The translations under genes and the position numbers were made by a program. Shown here in pieces: positions 38,113-46,646 of a DNA stretch of 64,000 bases. Under the pieces are notes generated by a model. The model saw only the letters and a program-made list of their open reading frames with translations, was not told the DNA's origin and ran no database searches. The stretch is from the IMG/VR virus record IMGVR_UViG_3300045988_163836; one strand, given 5' to 3'. Position 1 is the stretch's first letter. Each line of letters opens with the position of its first letter. The stretch is from a virus.

Positions 38113-38313
38113 ATGCTGAAAACAGCTTATACAAGAAAACTCGATACAGTTGGACGTTTAATGATTCCCTCTAAACTTCGTGAAGAATTGCATATGGTAA
38201 ATGGTCATAATTATGAATTTTATATTGACGAAGTAGATGGTAAAACTTTTTTATGTATTGAATGTCCTGAAGCCAGTGATGCCGTAGCTCTTGCAAAAGA
38301 AACGTTAGAATAG
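38113..38313 (+). CDS. AbrB/MazE/SpoVT-family (swapped-hairpin) DNA-binding regulator, 66 aa. It ends in TAG.
   Basis: The N-terminus 'RKLDTVGRLMIPSKLREEL' matches the AbrB-type beta-barrel motif. RBS AAAGGAG. The stop codon is TAG at 38311-38313. A terminator follows at about 38348-38378. Confidence 0.6.
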   Translation: MLKTAYTRKLDTVGRLMIPSKLREELHMVNGHNYEFYIDEVDGKTFLCIECPEASDAVALAKETLE

Positions 38314-38347
38314 AATGGGTATCGAGTAATTAAGGAATAAAATTAAA

Positions 38348-38378
38348 GCGGGAAAATATTTTCCCGCTTATTTTTTTT
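38348..38378 (+). terminator. Rho-independent terminator.
   Basis: gcgggaaaatattttcccgc followed by a T-run. Confidence 0.6.
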
Positions 38379-38656
38379 TATAAAAATTGTTTTCCAAAAT
38401 TGAAATGATTATCGTTTTCCGAAATTGAAAATGAGTTTAGATTATTGTCCCGTTTTTTGAAATTGAAATTGAGTTTAGAAATTATTTTGCCAGGAAAGAC
38501 TTTATTACATTAAATTGAAAAAGTTTTTCACGAAACACTGCCCCCCCACTTCACTTGACTAAAGTGTTAAAGTCTATTGTCTTACTTTACTTGAGTGAAG
38601 TGAGTTAGATACGACTAACCCCCAAAAAAAATATTTCGATTTTTGAAAAAAAATAC

Positions 38657-38690
38657 TTGACAATTCCGTGCATAGGTGCTATTCTATAAT
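38657..38690 (+). promoter_or_regulatory. Early promoter (TTGACA ... TATTCT/TATAAT).
   Basis: ttgacaattccgtgcataggtgctattctataat. The -10 element could be TATTCT at 17 nt spacing or TATAAT at 22 nt. Confidence 0.4.
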
Positions 38691-38767
38691 CAGAAATTGA
38701 CCACGGGACAACGCAAGCAAGGCAAAACGCCAAGCGAAAAAAATTCAAGAAATTTTGAAAAAAGTCC

Positions 38768-38796
38768 TTGACAAGTCGGAAGTCCTATGGTACAAT
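38768..38796 (+). promoter_or_regulatory. Strong early promoter (TTGACA-17-TACAAT with TG extension), followed by a roughly 260-nt T-poor leader.
   Basis: ttgacaagtcggaagtcctatggtacaat. Confidence 0.6.
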
Positions 38797-39056
38797 GAGT
38801 ACAACGAAAGCAAGGGAACACAAACAACGCAAGCCCTTGCAAATGTAGTAGAATGACCGGAAAGAGGCCGAAGCACCGAACGGCGTTGAACCTTGACAAG
38901 TGAATGTAAGCCGAGCGTCTACACCACATAGCGGACGCAATGGTAGAACATGAAAAGTGTGGTGCAAGCCGTAGGGCAGTCCAACGCCTATGGCAGATAG
39001 CAACACGGACAGCTGACAACTAACAGTCAAATAATATGTAAAGGATTGGTAAAATC

Positions 39057-39461
39057 ATGGTATATACAATTAAAACAAGCAAGGAAGACAAGGAAAAAGC
39101 AATCAAGGCAGAGCTTGTCTATCAGGCTAAAGATATTCTGTCTGACCTTGCACAGTATTATAAATCAGGGGACAAGTTCGACTATGAAGGCGTCCTTGAC
39201 ACCTACCACTGTTTCGCGGCGAAGAATATCCAGCAATGGGATAATCTTACATGGGCCATAGAGTCGGCAGAGTATGACTTGGAGCATACCGACTATAATA
39301 TGGATATGGAAGCCGGCAATCCATGTGCCGCATATGAGGCCGCCTACGAGAAGCTGACAGACTTACAGGACGAAGCCGAAGAATGGGCGAACACCTTTGA
39401 GCATATGTTCGAGGACTTCTTTAATAAGCTGTATGACCTGTTATATGGTGAAGAAGCATAA
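39057..39461 (+). CDS. Acidic hypothetical early protein, 134 aa. First gene of the early operon.
   Basis: Track ORF with RBS AAAGGA. It is strongly D/E-rich. Confidence 0.55.
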   Translation: MVYTIKTSKEDKEKAIKAELVYQAKDILSDLAQYYKSGDKFDYEGVLDTYHCFAAKNIQQWDNLTWAIESAEYDLEHTDYNMDMEAGNPCAAYEAAYEKLTDLQDEAEEWANTFEHMFEDFFNKLYDLLYGEEA

Positions 39462-39514
39462 GCTTCTTCACCCATTCACCCAACAACCAACTGACAATAT
39501 ATGGAGGTATTATT

Positions 39515-39850
39515 ATGAACCGTATCAACAGAAGAACCGCACGCAAGGAAGCTATGATGAACACTATCGAGCGTGTTAATACTGCTATCAGCAAGGTCAG
39601 ATTCTCTGACCCTGATGGCAAGGCCACCTTCCACAAGCTCTTGGAGAAGAAAGACTATATCGCTGAACAAATCGCCGAAGCCAGCTACACCGAATACTCG
39701 ATGAAGGCTGACTATAATGAGGTCAAACGCATTCTCTCTCATATGGATGAAGGTGGCTGTGCTGACTGGGTCAAGTGGGATATCGAGCAGCTGGCAGCAA
39801 GTCGGCGTCGCTGGTCTATCGCAACAAGTAAGCAGATTTGGTTGGGCTAA
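39515..39850 (+). CDS. Hypothetical early protein, 111 aa.
   Basis: Track ORF with RBS GGAGG before the ATG. Confidence 0.55.
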   Translation: MNRINRRTARKEAMMNTIERVNTAISKVRFSDPDGKATFHKLLEKKDYIAEQIAEASYTEYSMKADYNEVKRILSHMDEGGCADWVKWDIEQLAASRRRWSIATSKQIWLG

Positions 39851-39885
39851 TTGCCCAACCAACCACAAGAAAGGGGATAACATTA

Positions 39886-40073
39886 TGTACGCTATCTATA
39901 ATCACACCACTGGCAAGTATGGCATTATCTACCACAGCCTGACCGTAGCACGGTCTATGGCTCATGCTTACAGCATATGGGCAAAGAATGACAGAGATGT
40001 CATTGATATGCAAACTGGTGAAGTTATGAGTCAGTTCAGCAAAGGACACGAAACTTACAGAGCCAAGGGTTAA
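39886..40073 (+). CDS. Hypothetical early protein, about 62 aa.
   Basis: An internal ATG of track ORF 39717..40073, preceded by AAAGGGGA. Confidence 0.45.
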
Positions 40074-40107
40074 AACCCTTGGCTTCCAATAGAAAGGATA
40101 ATACAAT

Positions 40108-40407
40108 ATGGCAACTGTACGAAATCCCTACGCTGAAATCCGTTTTCTTGATAAGAACAATGTTCAAACTGATTATTGCAGATGGCAATTATCCAGCACA
40201 TTCAACTGCCCTTGGCAGCCTGCCTTCTACCGCGAACTCGAAGAAAAACTCTACATCATGCAGGAACTGGAAATCGTAGGGTTCGGCAGTCGGTCTGCGG
40301 TATTTACTTCTGGTCTGCTGACTACCTACCATTTCACAAACTATCAGATTGTACAGGCAATCGAGCATACGGCCGACCACCTGACGTTAGTGGTGAGGGA
40401 CATTTGA
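40108..40407 (+). CDS. Hypothetical early protein, 99 aa.
   Basis: Track ORF with RBS AAAGGA. Confidence 0.5.
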   Translation: MATVRNPYAEIRFLDKNNVQTDYCRWQLSSTFNCPWQPAFYRELEEKLYIMQELEIVGFGSRSAVFTSGLLTTYHFTNYQIVQAIEHTADHLTLVVRDI

Positions 40408-40475
40408 GTCCCTCTACCGCTTACTAACCGCACAATCGAGCACATGGATTGAATTTTTGGAAAGGAATTTTTGAA

Positions 40476-40628
40476 ATGAAAAATCTCAAGCTGGCGTTGA
40501 CCTTATCCGGTATTATAATTTTCCTCTGGGTCAGCATTTCATTTTGCAATGTAGTAGCACATAACAATCCGGCTGGAGGGGCTTATGAATATCCCTCTTG
40601 GAATTTCTTCGTGATGATGGACGAGTGA
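40476..40628 (+). CDS. Small membrane peptide, 50 aa.
   Basis: Hand-translated as MKNLKLALTLSGIIIFLWVSISFCNVVAHNNPAGGAYEYPSWNFFVMMDE. RBS GGAA. Confidence 0.35.
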   Translation: MKNLKLALTLSGIIIFLWVSISFCNVVAHNNPAGGAYEYPSWNFFVMMDE

Positions 40629-40684
40629 AGGCCATATGGCCTTCACTTAAAATGAAATGAATTAACAGAAAGGAAATATCTGAT

Positions 40685-40996
40685 ATGATTAACATTCGCA
40701 CAATCAAGAAACTGGCTGACGGCGATGGCCTAACACTTAAAAATGGAAAAATCAAGAGGTACAAGAGTGGCTATCAGGTAGCTACTAATGGCGTCGAGGT
40801 CATCAGTCCTGAAATGGCAATACAGGCGGTTCGAGAGTTCAAAGGCACATGCGGCATTTGGCTTGAAAATGGCAGATACTACATTGACATTTCTAAACGA
40901 GTGTCCACAAAACGCGAGGCAGTTGAAATTGGCAGGAAATGTAATCAGCTTTCAATTTACAGATGGCGTGGAAATCCTGCCTGCCTTTACATTTAA
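40685..40996 (+). CDS. Hypothetical protein, 103 aa. Paralog of 41019..41336.
   Basis: The track ORF starts MINIRTIKKLADGDGLTLKNGKIKRYKSGYQV, compared with MINVRTIRKMQDGDTLNIKNGKIKKYKGGFQV in the neighbour. Confidence 0.55.
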   Translation: MINIRTIKKLADGDGLTLKNGKIKRYKSGYQVATNGVEVISPEMAIQAVREFKGTCGIWLENGRYYIDISKRVSTKREAVEIGRKCNQLSIYRWRGNPACLYI

Positions 40997-41018
40997 TATT
41001 TGAGAGGAGAAATAAAAA

Positions 41019-41336
41019 ATGATTAACGTGAGAACTATTCGGAAAATGCAGGATGGCGATACCCTGAACATCAAGAACGGAAAAATCAAAAAGTACAAGG
41101 GCGGTTTTCAGGTGAATATCGCAACATATGAATGCGAACAGCCCGAAAAGGCAATGGAAATTGCCAGAACCCTGAACCGAATGATTGGAAATTGCAGTAT
41201 TCAATTCAAAAATGGAAAATATTACGTCAGCACCACTGAACACGCCTACACCAGACGGCAGGCAAGAGAAATTGCAAATGAAATGGGCGTAAATAAGATT
41301 TATGAATGGCAGAATCTGGCTCATATGGCAGTTTGA
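41019..41336 (+). CDS. Hypothetical protein, 105 aa. Tandem paralog of 40685..40996.
   Basis: Track ORF with RBS GGAGGAG. Confidence 0.55.
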   Translation: MINVRTIRKMQDGDTLNIKNGKIKKYKGGFQVNIATYECEQPEKAMEIARTLNRMIGNCSIQFKNGKYYVSTTEHAYTRRQAREIANEMGVNKIYEWQNLAHMAV

Positions 41337-41437
41337 TCCTGAAATTCCAAGGGCTGGAAATTGGAAACAGTTTCCAGCCCATTTTTCAAATCATCTTCTT
41401 TAATTCATTATCACTTTAATTAAATAAATTGCCTCGC

Positions 41438-41505
41438 CGGGGCGTGGCGAAATTGATATATCCACAGCAAGCTCGCCACGCCCCGCATTTTCCATTTAAT
41501 ACCAA
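41438..41505 (+). terminator. Long GC-rich hairpin terminator.
   Basis: ctcgccggggcgtggcga ... tcgccacgccccgc followed by atttt. Confidence 0.5.
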
Positions 41506-41649
41506 TTCCGAATATTTCCAGCCAAATTCTACCATATTTGACATTACATTCCATTTCCCATATCCTACCAGCTTATGGTATATAATTCCATACCAAATAT
41601 TTCCAGAATCTTTGTGCATATTGACGAATAAAAAAATTTGACTTTCCTA

Positions 41650-41678
41650 TTGACATTTGCTATAGGGTGTGGTAATAT
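41650..41678 (+). promoter_or_regulatory. Early promoter (TTGACA-17-TAATAT with TGTG extension).
   Basis: ttgacatttgctatagggtgtggtaatat. Confidence 0.55.
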
Positions 41679-41683
41679 ATAAT

Positions 41684-41698
41684 TGTTCCAAGGGAACA
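41684..41698 (+). promoter_or_regulatory. Operator-like palindrome TGTTCC-aag-GGAACA just downstream of the promoter.
   Basis: A perfect 6-bp inverted repeat. A related site lies at 51136-51153. Confidence 0.4.
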
Positions 41699-41725
41699 GA
41701 TAAAAATGAAATGGAGATACAAAAA

Positions 41726-41893
41726 ATGACTACTGAAAAAATCGCTGAACTGCTGAACGAATGGATTGATAATGACCATGATTTTAGTGCTGAATCTATG
41801 AACGATTTCTGCAACACATATGCCCGCAATTATGACGAGTATATGGGTCTGTGGTACACAGTCTGCGGTTGCATCGAGGATGAGGAGGGCTAA
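41726..41893 (+). CDS. Small hypothetical protein, about 55 aa.
   Basis: An internal ATG of track ORF 41669..41893, preceded by GGAGA. Confidence 0.4.
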   Translation: MTTEKIAELLNEWIDNDHDFSAESMNDFCNTYARNYDEYMGLWYTVCGCIEDEEG

Positions 41894-41897
41894 CATC

Positions 41898-42038
41898 ATG
41901 TATGAGTTCGAGATGTACAATGTCAACACAAAAAAAATTGAAACTGCATATGGCTACTCCCTAGCAGACGCTAGGGAGAGAAGCCCGAAGTATAACAGCC
42001 GTGAATGGGTTTGTCTAATGTCTACTTATATTGATTAA
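41898..42038 (+). CDS. Small hypothetical protein, 46 aa.
   Basis: GAGGAGGG then the ATG at 41898. In frame with track ORF 41820..42038. Confidence 0.4.
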   Translation: MYEFEMYNVNTKKIETAYGYSLADARERSPKYNSREWVCLMSTYID

Positions 42039-42051
42039 GGGGGAAATGAAA

Positions 42052-42240
42052 ATGAAAATGTCTGAATTTGTAAATAACGTCCTTGATAAGGATATGCTGA
42101 TTGAACTTATTAAACACCTTCCTTCTTGTGAAGCCTGTCCTTTCCAAAAGGCTTGTGAGAAAGCGGTTAATGATAATCCGGATGAATCTTGCGAACAGTT
42201 TCTGAACCGTTGGATTGAAGATGATAGGAACGAGGGCTAA
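42052..42240 (+). CDS. Small Cys-rich hypothetical protein, about 62 aa.
   Basis: AAGGGGG RBS, then one of several tandem ATGs (MKMKMSEF). It has a C..C..C..C pattern. Confidence 0.4.
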   Translation: MKMSEFVNNVLDKDMLIELIKHLPSCEACPFQKACEKAVNDNPDESCEQFLNRWIEDDRNEG

Positions 42241-42270
42241 AAAGCCCTCTTCCAAAAGGAGGAAATTAAG

Positions 42271-42594
42271 ATGGATATTACAAAATTGCAAGTCAGTAAA
42301 CATTTCAAGGAAGACCGCTTGGACAGATATGTTGAAATTCAAATGAACACCGGACTTGGCGAACCTGTGGCAAAATTCAAATATGAGGACAAATGGCAGA
42401 TTATTACAAGCACGGGAGTGATTTTGATTACAGATAGCCGGATGGAATTTCTAATCACTTTGTATTATGTCAACATGGACAAAGCAACTGCAATTTTCAG
42501 ACGAAACGGGCAGATGAAAATGCCGAAAGTAGTATATGACGCAATTCAAAAGAACATGGCGAAAAAGCTAATCAAACATAGAAAGGAAAAATAA
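42271..42594 (+). CDS. Hypothetical protein, 107 aa.
   Basis: Track ORF with RBS AAAGGAGG. Confidence 0.55.
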   Translation: MDITKLQVSKHFKEDRLDRYVEIQMNTGLGEPVAKFKYEDKWQIITSTGVILITDSRMEFLITLYYVNMDKATAIFRRNGQMKMPKVVYDAIQKNMAKKLIKHRKEK

Positions 42595-42596
42595 AA

Positions 42597-42824
42597 ATGA
42601 AAATCGAGTATGAAAAGCCCAGACAGGTTATCCACTTCGCAGCTCTGGATATTGGAACTGTATTCAAATGTCCATCCTATGATACAGTTTATATAAAAAC
42701 TGAATGCGTAGATAATGACGGTGATGAAATCAATTCGATTGATTTATCTACTGGAGAACTTGATTGTTTTGCTGAGGATACAAAAGTCTACGCCGTAGAT
42801 GCTACATTATATGTTAAGGAGTGA
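42597..42824 (+). CDS. Hypothetical protein, 75 aa.
   Basis: Track ORF that abuts the previous stop. Confidence 0.5.
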   Translation: MKIEYEKPRQVIHFAALDIGTVFKCPSYDTVYIKTECVDNDGDEINSIDLSTGELDCFAEDTKVYAVDATLYVKE

Positions 42825-42830
42825 TAAAAA

Positions 42831-43043
42831 ATGGAAGGATATAAAACCTGGAAGTATCTGGTAATTAACTTCCTCCCTACAAAAGACTGGCCGCGATTGT
42901 TTTTTGTAGAAGCTTCGTGTCGTTCGGAAGCTGAACATTATATTCAAAAACACTGTGGAAAAGATTGTATGCTGGTGGATAAGTACGATGAATTTGTTGC
43001 AAAAATTCTTGACTATCCCGAAATTCCGCATGATAAATTCTAA
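42831..43043 (+). CDS. Hypothetical protein, 70 aa.
   Basis: Track ORF with RBS AAGGAG. A terminator hairpin follows at about 43046-43075. Confidence 0.5.
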   Translation: MEGYKTWKYLVINFLPTKDWPRLFFVEASCRSEAEHYIQKHCGKDCMLVDKYDEFVAKILDYPEIPHDKF

Positions 43044-43361
43044 TTTCCATTTGAATTTCCTCCCATATCTTGGGAGGAAATTCTATTTTGAAAATTATAA
43101 AAAAAAATAATATAATTTTTATATAAAAAAAATAATTTTTATTTCTGTTTCAATTCTATAATTTTCCAGTCAAAAAATCAAATGCGGCAAATTTGGCAAT
43201 CCCATAATTTGGAAGGGGAATTTGAGCCAGCCGCGATCCAACGCCGCGGCTGGAATTTCGCGAGTTAAAGTGCTAACGTAAAAAAGTTTTCCAAATCCTT
43301 CCAGCCCAGCCCTTGGAAAATTTTCCCAAAATGTTTGTGTAATTTGACGAATATTTTATGC

Positions 43362-43390
43362 TTGACTTCTGGTATGCCCTGTGCTATAAT
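43362..43390 (+). promoter_or_regulatory. Early promoter (TTGACT-17-TATAAT).
   Basis: ttgacttctggtatgccctgtgctataat, preceded by a GC hairpin terminator at about 43230-43262. Confidence 0.6.
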
Positions 43391-43411
43391 AAGGATACAA
43401 AAGGAAAGGAA

Positions 43412-43804
43412 ATGATAAAAATGAAAATTTACATGGCTGGAGCGTTCTTCCGCCCTGAGACAAAATCAAGAATTGATTCATATGCGGCAGGTTTCCGGCG
43501 GCTTGGGTATGATGTATTTGTTCCGCAAGAACATACTGTCCCGAATGCTTGGGATATGTCGCAGGAAGATTGGGCAAGGGAAGTTTTCAAAATGGATGTT
43601 GCCGCAATTCAAGAATGTGATATTCTATTTGCTGTATATGATGGTCTATACTCTGATTCTGGAACAGCTTGGGAAATCGGGTATGCTTATGCCCATGGGA
43701 AAAATATCCAAATCAGTGTAAATAATGGTGTAAAAGATATGTCAATTATGCCATTCGCAAGTGCTTGGGCTATTGAAAACTATAAAAATATCAAATTAGT
43801 TTGA
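43412..43804 (+). CDS. Nucleoside 2-deoxyribosyltransferase-family protein (NDT / DNPH1-like), about 130 aa.
   Basis: 'MKIYMAGAFF...' together with 'DSGTAWEIGYAYAHGK' matches the family-defining motifs of the NDT fold. RBS AAAGGAAAGGAA. Confidence 0.6.
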   Translation: MIKMKIYMAGAFFRPETKSRIDSYAAGFRRLGYDVFVPQEHTVPNAWDMSQEDWAREVFKMDVAAIQECDILFAVYDGLYSDSGTAWEIGYAYAHGKNIQISVNNGVKDMSIMPFASAWAIENYKNIKLV

Positions 43805-43813
43805 AAAAAACAC

Positions 43814-43842
43814 TTAACAAATCCGCTTGTATCTGATATAAT
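43814..43842 (+). promoter_or_regulatory. Early promoter (TTAACA-17-TATAAT).
   Basis: ttaacaaatccgcttgtatctgatataat. Confidence 0.5.
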
Positions 43843-43875
43843 AAAGATACTCCAAAAGAGAAAGGAAATGATAAA

Positions 43876-44349
43876 ATGATTAAGGAATTGTGCTTCGATC
43901 TTGATGGAACTCTGGTTGACCTCTATGGGGTTGAAGATTGGCTTGATAAGATTCGAGCCTATGACCCTACACCTTATCAGACCGCCGAACCGCTGGTTGA
44001 TATGGCAGAACTTGCCTGTCTACTCCGTAGCTTGCAGAATTGCGGTATCAATGTTGCGGTTATCACTTGGCTGTCAAAAGAGCCGAACAAGCAGTATGAT
44101 GATGAAGTCAGAAAAGCAAAGAGAGCTTGGCTGAAAGAATATGGTTTTCCATTTGACAGTTTGCGATGTGTAGCCTATGGGACGCCGAAGCATAAGATTG
44201 AAGCCGCAAGACTTGCTGATGATGAAGAAGCCCTGATTTTTGATGATGATGCAAGAGTCCGCAGAGATTGGGACTTGGGCGGAGCAATCGACCCCACGAC
44301 CACAAACATCCTTGATGTGCTGAAAGAAATTTTGAATGGACTGGAATAA
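43876..44349 (+). CDS. HAD-superfamily phosphatase, 157 aa (5'(3')-deoxyribonucleotidase-like).
   Basis: The N-terminal 'FDLDGTLVD' is HAD motif I (DxDGT). Its size and layout resemble small phage deoxynucleotidases. Confidence 0.5.
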   Translation: MIKELCFDLDGTLVDLYGVEDWLDKIRAYDPTPYQTAEPLVDMAELACLLRSLQNCGINVAVITWLSKEPNKQYDDEVRKAKRAWLKEYGFPFDSLRCVAYGTPKHKIEAARLADDEEALIFDDDARVRRDWDLGGAIDPTTTNILDVLKEILNGLE

Positions 44350-44373
44350 TCCAGCCCATAGGGGGAAAATGAA

Positions 44374-44586
44374 ATGAATGATATTCTTAAAGAACTTACA
44401 GACTTGGCAAATAAGATTGAAAAATTGTCTGGAAAAGTGTACCTTAGCAGAAAGGATATCTCAAATCCTTATGATTTTACACAAGCAGAAGAATTGAGCG
44501 ATAAGTTATTCAAGATACAATCTGATTTACGTTATGATTGTTATACCTTAGCTGTTGCTATTTGGGGAGACGATGATGGAGACTAA
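44374..44586 (+). CDS. Hypothetical protein, 70 aa.
   Basis: Track ORF with RBS GGGGGAA. Confidence 0.5.
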   Translation: MNDILKELTDLANKIEKLSGKVYLSRKDISNPYDFTQAEELSDKLFKIQSDLRYDCYTLAVAIWGDDDGD

Positions 44587-44770
44587 AATTATAGTTTATT
44601 ATGCTGGTGTAAATTGTTGGAATGTGTCCTATTTTGAGGAACTGCTTTTTGACACAGAAGAAGAAGCTAACCGCTTTATTGGCAAAATTAAAAATAGAAT
44701 GGATGTTAACCGAATTATCAAGACTATTGATTGGAAATTTGAGGGGAGAAACAAAAATGATGATTCCTAA
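44576..44770 (+). CDS. Small hypothetical protein, about 64 aa. Tandem paralog of 44757..44954.
   Basis: An internal ATG of track ORF 44555..44770. It shares a 'KIIVYYAGV...FDTEEEANRFI' motif with the next gene. Confidence 0.4.
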   Translation: METKIIVYYAGVNCWNVSYFEELLFDTEEEANRFIGKIKNRMDVNRIIKTIDWKFEGRNKNDDS

Positions 44771-44954
44771 AAATATTATTGTTAAGTATTCAGGTGTTGA
44801 TAAAAGAGGATTATATTATAATAATGCATTAGAGTTTCGCACAGAACGAGATGCTGACCTTTTTATTCTGGATATGAAGAAATTGATGTTTGGACTGCAA
44901 TCTTATACAAAAATTATCAATTGGGTAAAAAAGGAAGAAACGACAAATGAATGA
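44757..44954 (+). CDS. Small hypothetical protein, about 65 aa. Paralog of 44576..44770.
   Basis: GAGGGGAGAAACAAAA then ATGATG. 'NIIVKYSGV...FRTERDADLFIL'. Confidence 0.4.
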   Translation: MMIPKNIIVKYSGVDKRGLYYNNALEFRTERDADLFILDMKKLMFGLQSYTKIINWVKKEETTNE

Positions 44955-45033
44955 CGAACAGCTTGATATTTTACTTGAAGAAGCAACAGATATTAAAATT
45001 TTGATTGCCTTGGGCTGAAAGGATTGGTAAAAA

Positions 45034-45267
45034 ATGAAAGTTGTAGCTTATATTACGAAGTGCGTTCCTGTCATAGTAGAAATTGATGATAAGTGGAAAA
45101 AGATGGAAAGATGGGCCAATGAACCTACTTGTGAAGAATTGGATGATTATCACGATGATAACATTGATGAATTCGAGGAAGAAGTTGACAAAGCACTGGA
45201 AACAATCGGCGAAAGCGACTATGACATTGCGACAGTCCATACTTCGGCAGGAAATGAAATTTTTTAA
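45034..45267 (+). CDS. Acidic hypothetical protein, 77 aa.
   Basis: Track ORF. A terminator hairpin at about 45345-45383 follows. Confidence 0.5.
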   Translation: MKVVAYITKCVPVIVEIDDKWKKMERWANEPTCEELDDYHDDNIDEFEEEVDKALETIGESDYDIATVHTSAGNEIF

Positions 45268-45435
45268 GAATTGAAAAAATTGGGAATCCAGATTTTGGAT
45301 TCCCCTTTTCTTAATTGTCTATTGGAAATAATTTACATTTTCATTTGAGCCTGCCGCGAACCAACGCCGCGGCAGGCATTTTAGATTTTCAGCATTTTCA
45401 CCAATTTTTTGCCCTAAAATTTGTGCATTCTGCCA

Positions 45436-45464
45436 GTAGACAAAAATCCTAAAACATGATATAC
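45436..45464 (+). promoter_or_regulatory. Early promoter (TAGACA-17-TATACT with TG extension) inside a repeated roughly 110-bp cassette.
   Basis: tagacaaaaatcctaaaacatgatatact. The cassette at 45375-45485 is about 85% identical to 48650-48765. Confidence 0.5.
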
Positions 45465-45527
45465 TTTATAATGTCAAAGGGAAATAATAATTAAATGTTT
45501 AGATAAAATAAGAAAGAGGTAAGCCTA

Positions 45528-46592
45528 ATGACTATTGAAAAAAATAAGAACTTGTTTATCATCACTCTTGGAGATGGCAAGAAAACCTACTTCAACTTCT
45601 CTGATGGCTGTATCTATGGTATGACCGGCAAAAAGGTTAAGGATTTTTGTCCAGAAGCAAAAAGGATTCTCAAAGAATACGCCGATAATAATTTTCTTGC
45701 AAGATATTTTGTAGTAAGAAATAAAGATTATGACTCTTATTTTAGTGATGCTAATAAATGGTCTACTGAAATGGTAGAAACTGTTTATAGCATCTTCGGC
45801 AAAGAATATAATTTGCGTATCCTTGGTGTAATTGCTTATTTCTGTAGCTATAATCATTATGTTCTTGATAAGCAAGGCGTTAAATATCTGAAATTAGGTC
45901 TTGCATCACTGGAAGAACGCCAGCTTGAAAATCTGTGCCGGAATGAAATTGAAGTTGCTGTTCGGGCAGTACATTATTCAAATGTCAATCCGCAGATTTT
46001 AAGAATGATGAATAATGTGAAGCCCGCAGTACATGAAATTATTCTGAAAGACGCAGATAAAATTTTGTTCCGAATGGAACATGAATGTTGGGAACTGCTT
46101 GAAGGCTTCTATGCTATGAGTAAATACATTGAAAGATATATCACACTCTGCAACGAATTGGGCAAAGAAAGAACATACAAAGATATGTTTTTAGCCATTT
46201 GTCAGATGGAAATGGAAAAACGCCTTGCTCTTGAAGCAGGAAGCAGAGACTATCAGTTAAATGCAAACCTTGCATTTGAAGATAATAATTTTATTGTACT
46301 TGTGCCAACGGTAGCAAAAGAATTTGAAGCAGAGGCCGACTATCAGTCAAACTGTGTTTATCGTGCCTATTATCCAAAGGTATTGAAGCGTGAAACACAC
46401 ATTGTTTTTATTCGGCACAAGGCTGAACCGGAAAAACCCTACATCACTTGCGAAGTAAATAATGATGGAAAAATCATCCAGTATCTGACACGTTTCAATA
46501 ATCGTGTTGATTGGGAAACTGATGAATTGGGCTTCCAGTTCCAAGCAATATACGCTAATTATCTTTCTGAACATTTTAATAAAAACGCTTGA
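45528..46592 (+). CDS. Hypothetical protein, 354 aa.
   Basis: Intact track ORF with RBS AAGAAAGAGG. No family recognised. Confidence 0.6.
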   Translation: MTIEKNKNLFIITLGDGKKTYFNFSDGCIYGMTGKKVKDFCPEAKRILKEYADNNFLARYFVVRNKDYDSYFSDANKWSTEMVETVYSIFGKEYNLRILGVIAYFCSYNHYVLDKQGVKYLKLGLASLEERQLENLCRNEIEVAVRAVHYSNVNPQILRMMNNVKPAVHEIILKDADKILFRMEHECWELLEGFYAMSKYIERYITLCNELGKERTYKDMFLAICQMEMEKRLALEAGSRDYQLNANLAFEDNNFIVLVPTVAKEFEAEADYQSNCVYRAYYPKVLKRETHIVFIRHKAEPEKPYITCEVNNDGKIIQYLTRFNNRVDWETDELGFQFQAIYANYLSEHFNKNA

Positions 46593-46617
46593 CAAAATAG
46601 CCCTATTGTGATATAAT
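46589..46617 (+). promoter_or_regulatory. Early promoter (TTGACA-17-TATAAT) overlapped by a palindrome.
   Basis: ttgacaaaatagccctattgtgatataat. The palindrome is tagccctat ... atagggcta at 46598-46624. Confidence 0.55.
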
Positions 46618-46646
46618 AGGGCTATCAAAAGAAAGGAATTGATATC

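Noticed and set aside
38400-38520. Direct repeats in 38400-38520 and the iteron array at 54545-54845 considered as CRISPR arrays.
   Set aside because: There are only two or three copies. The spacing is irregular and the repeat units are short and partly palindromic in the manner of protein-binding sites, not 28-37 bp repeats with unique spacers.
38690-40427. Minus-strand Cys/Arg-rich ORFs in the early region, such as 38690..39030, 39476..39883, 39816..40106 and 40893..41324.
   Set aside because: They are antisense to well-supported plus-strand genes or to the noncoding leader. Their composition is typical of the reverse frames of GC-richer coding DNA, and they have no start signals.
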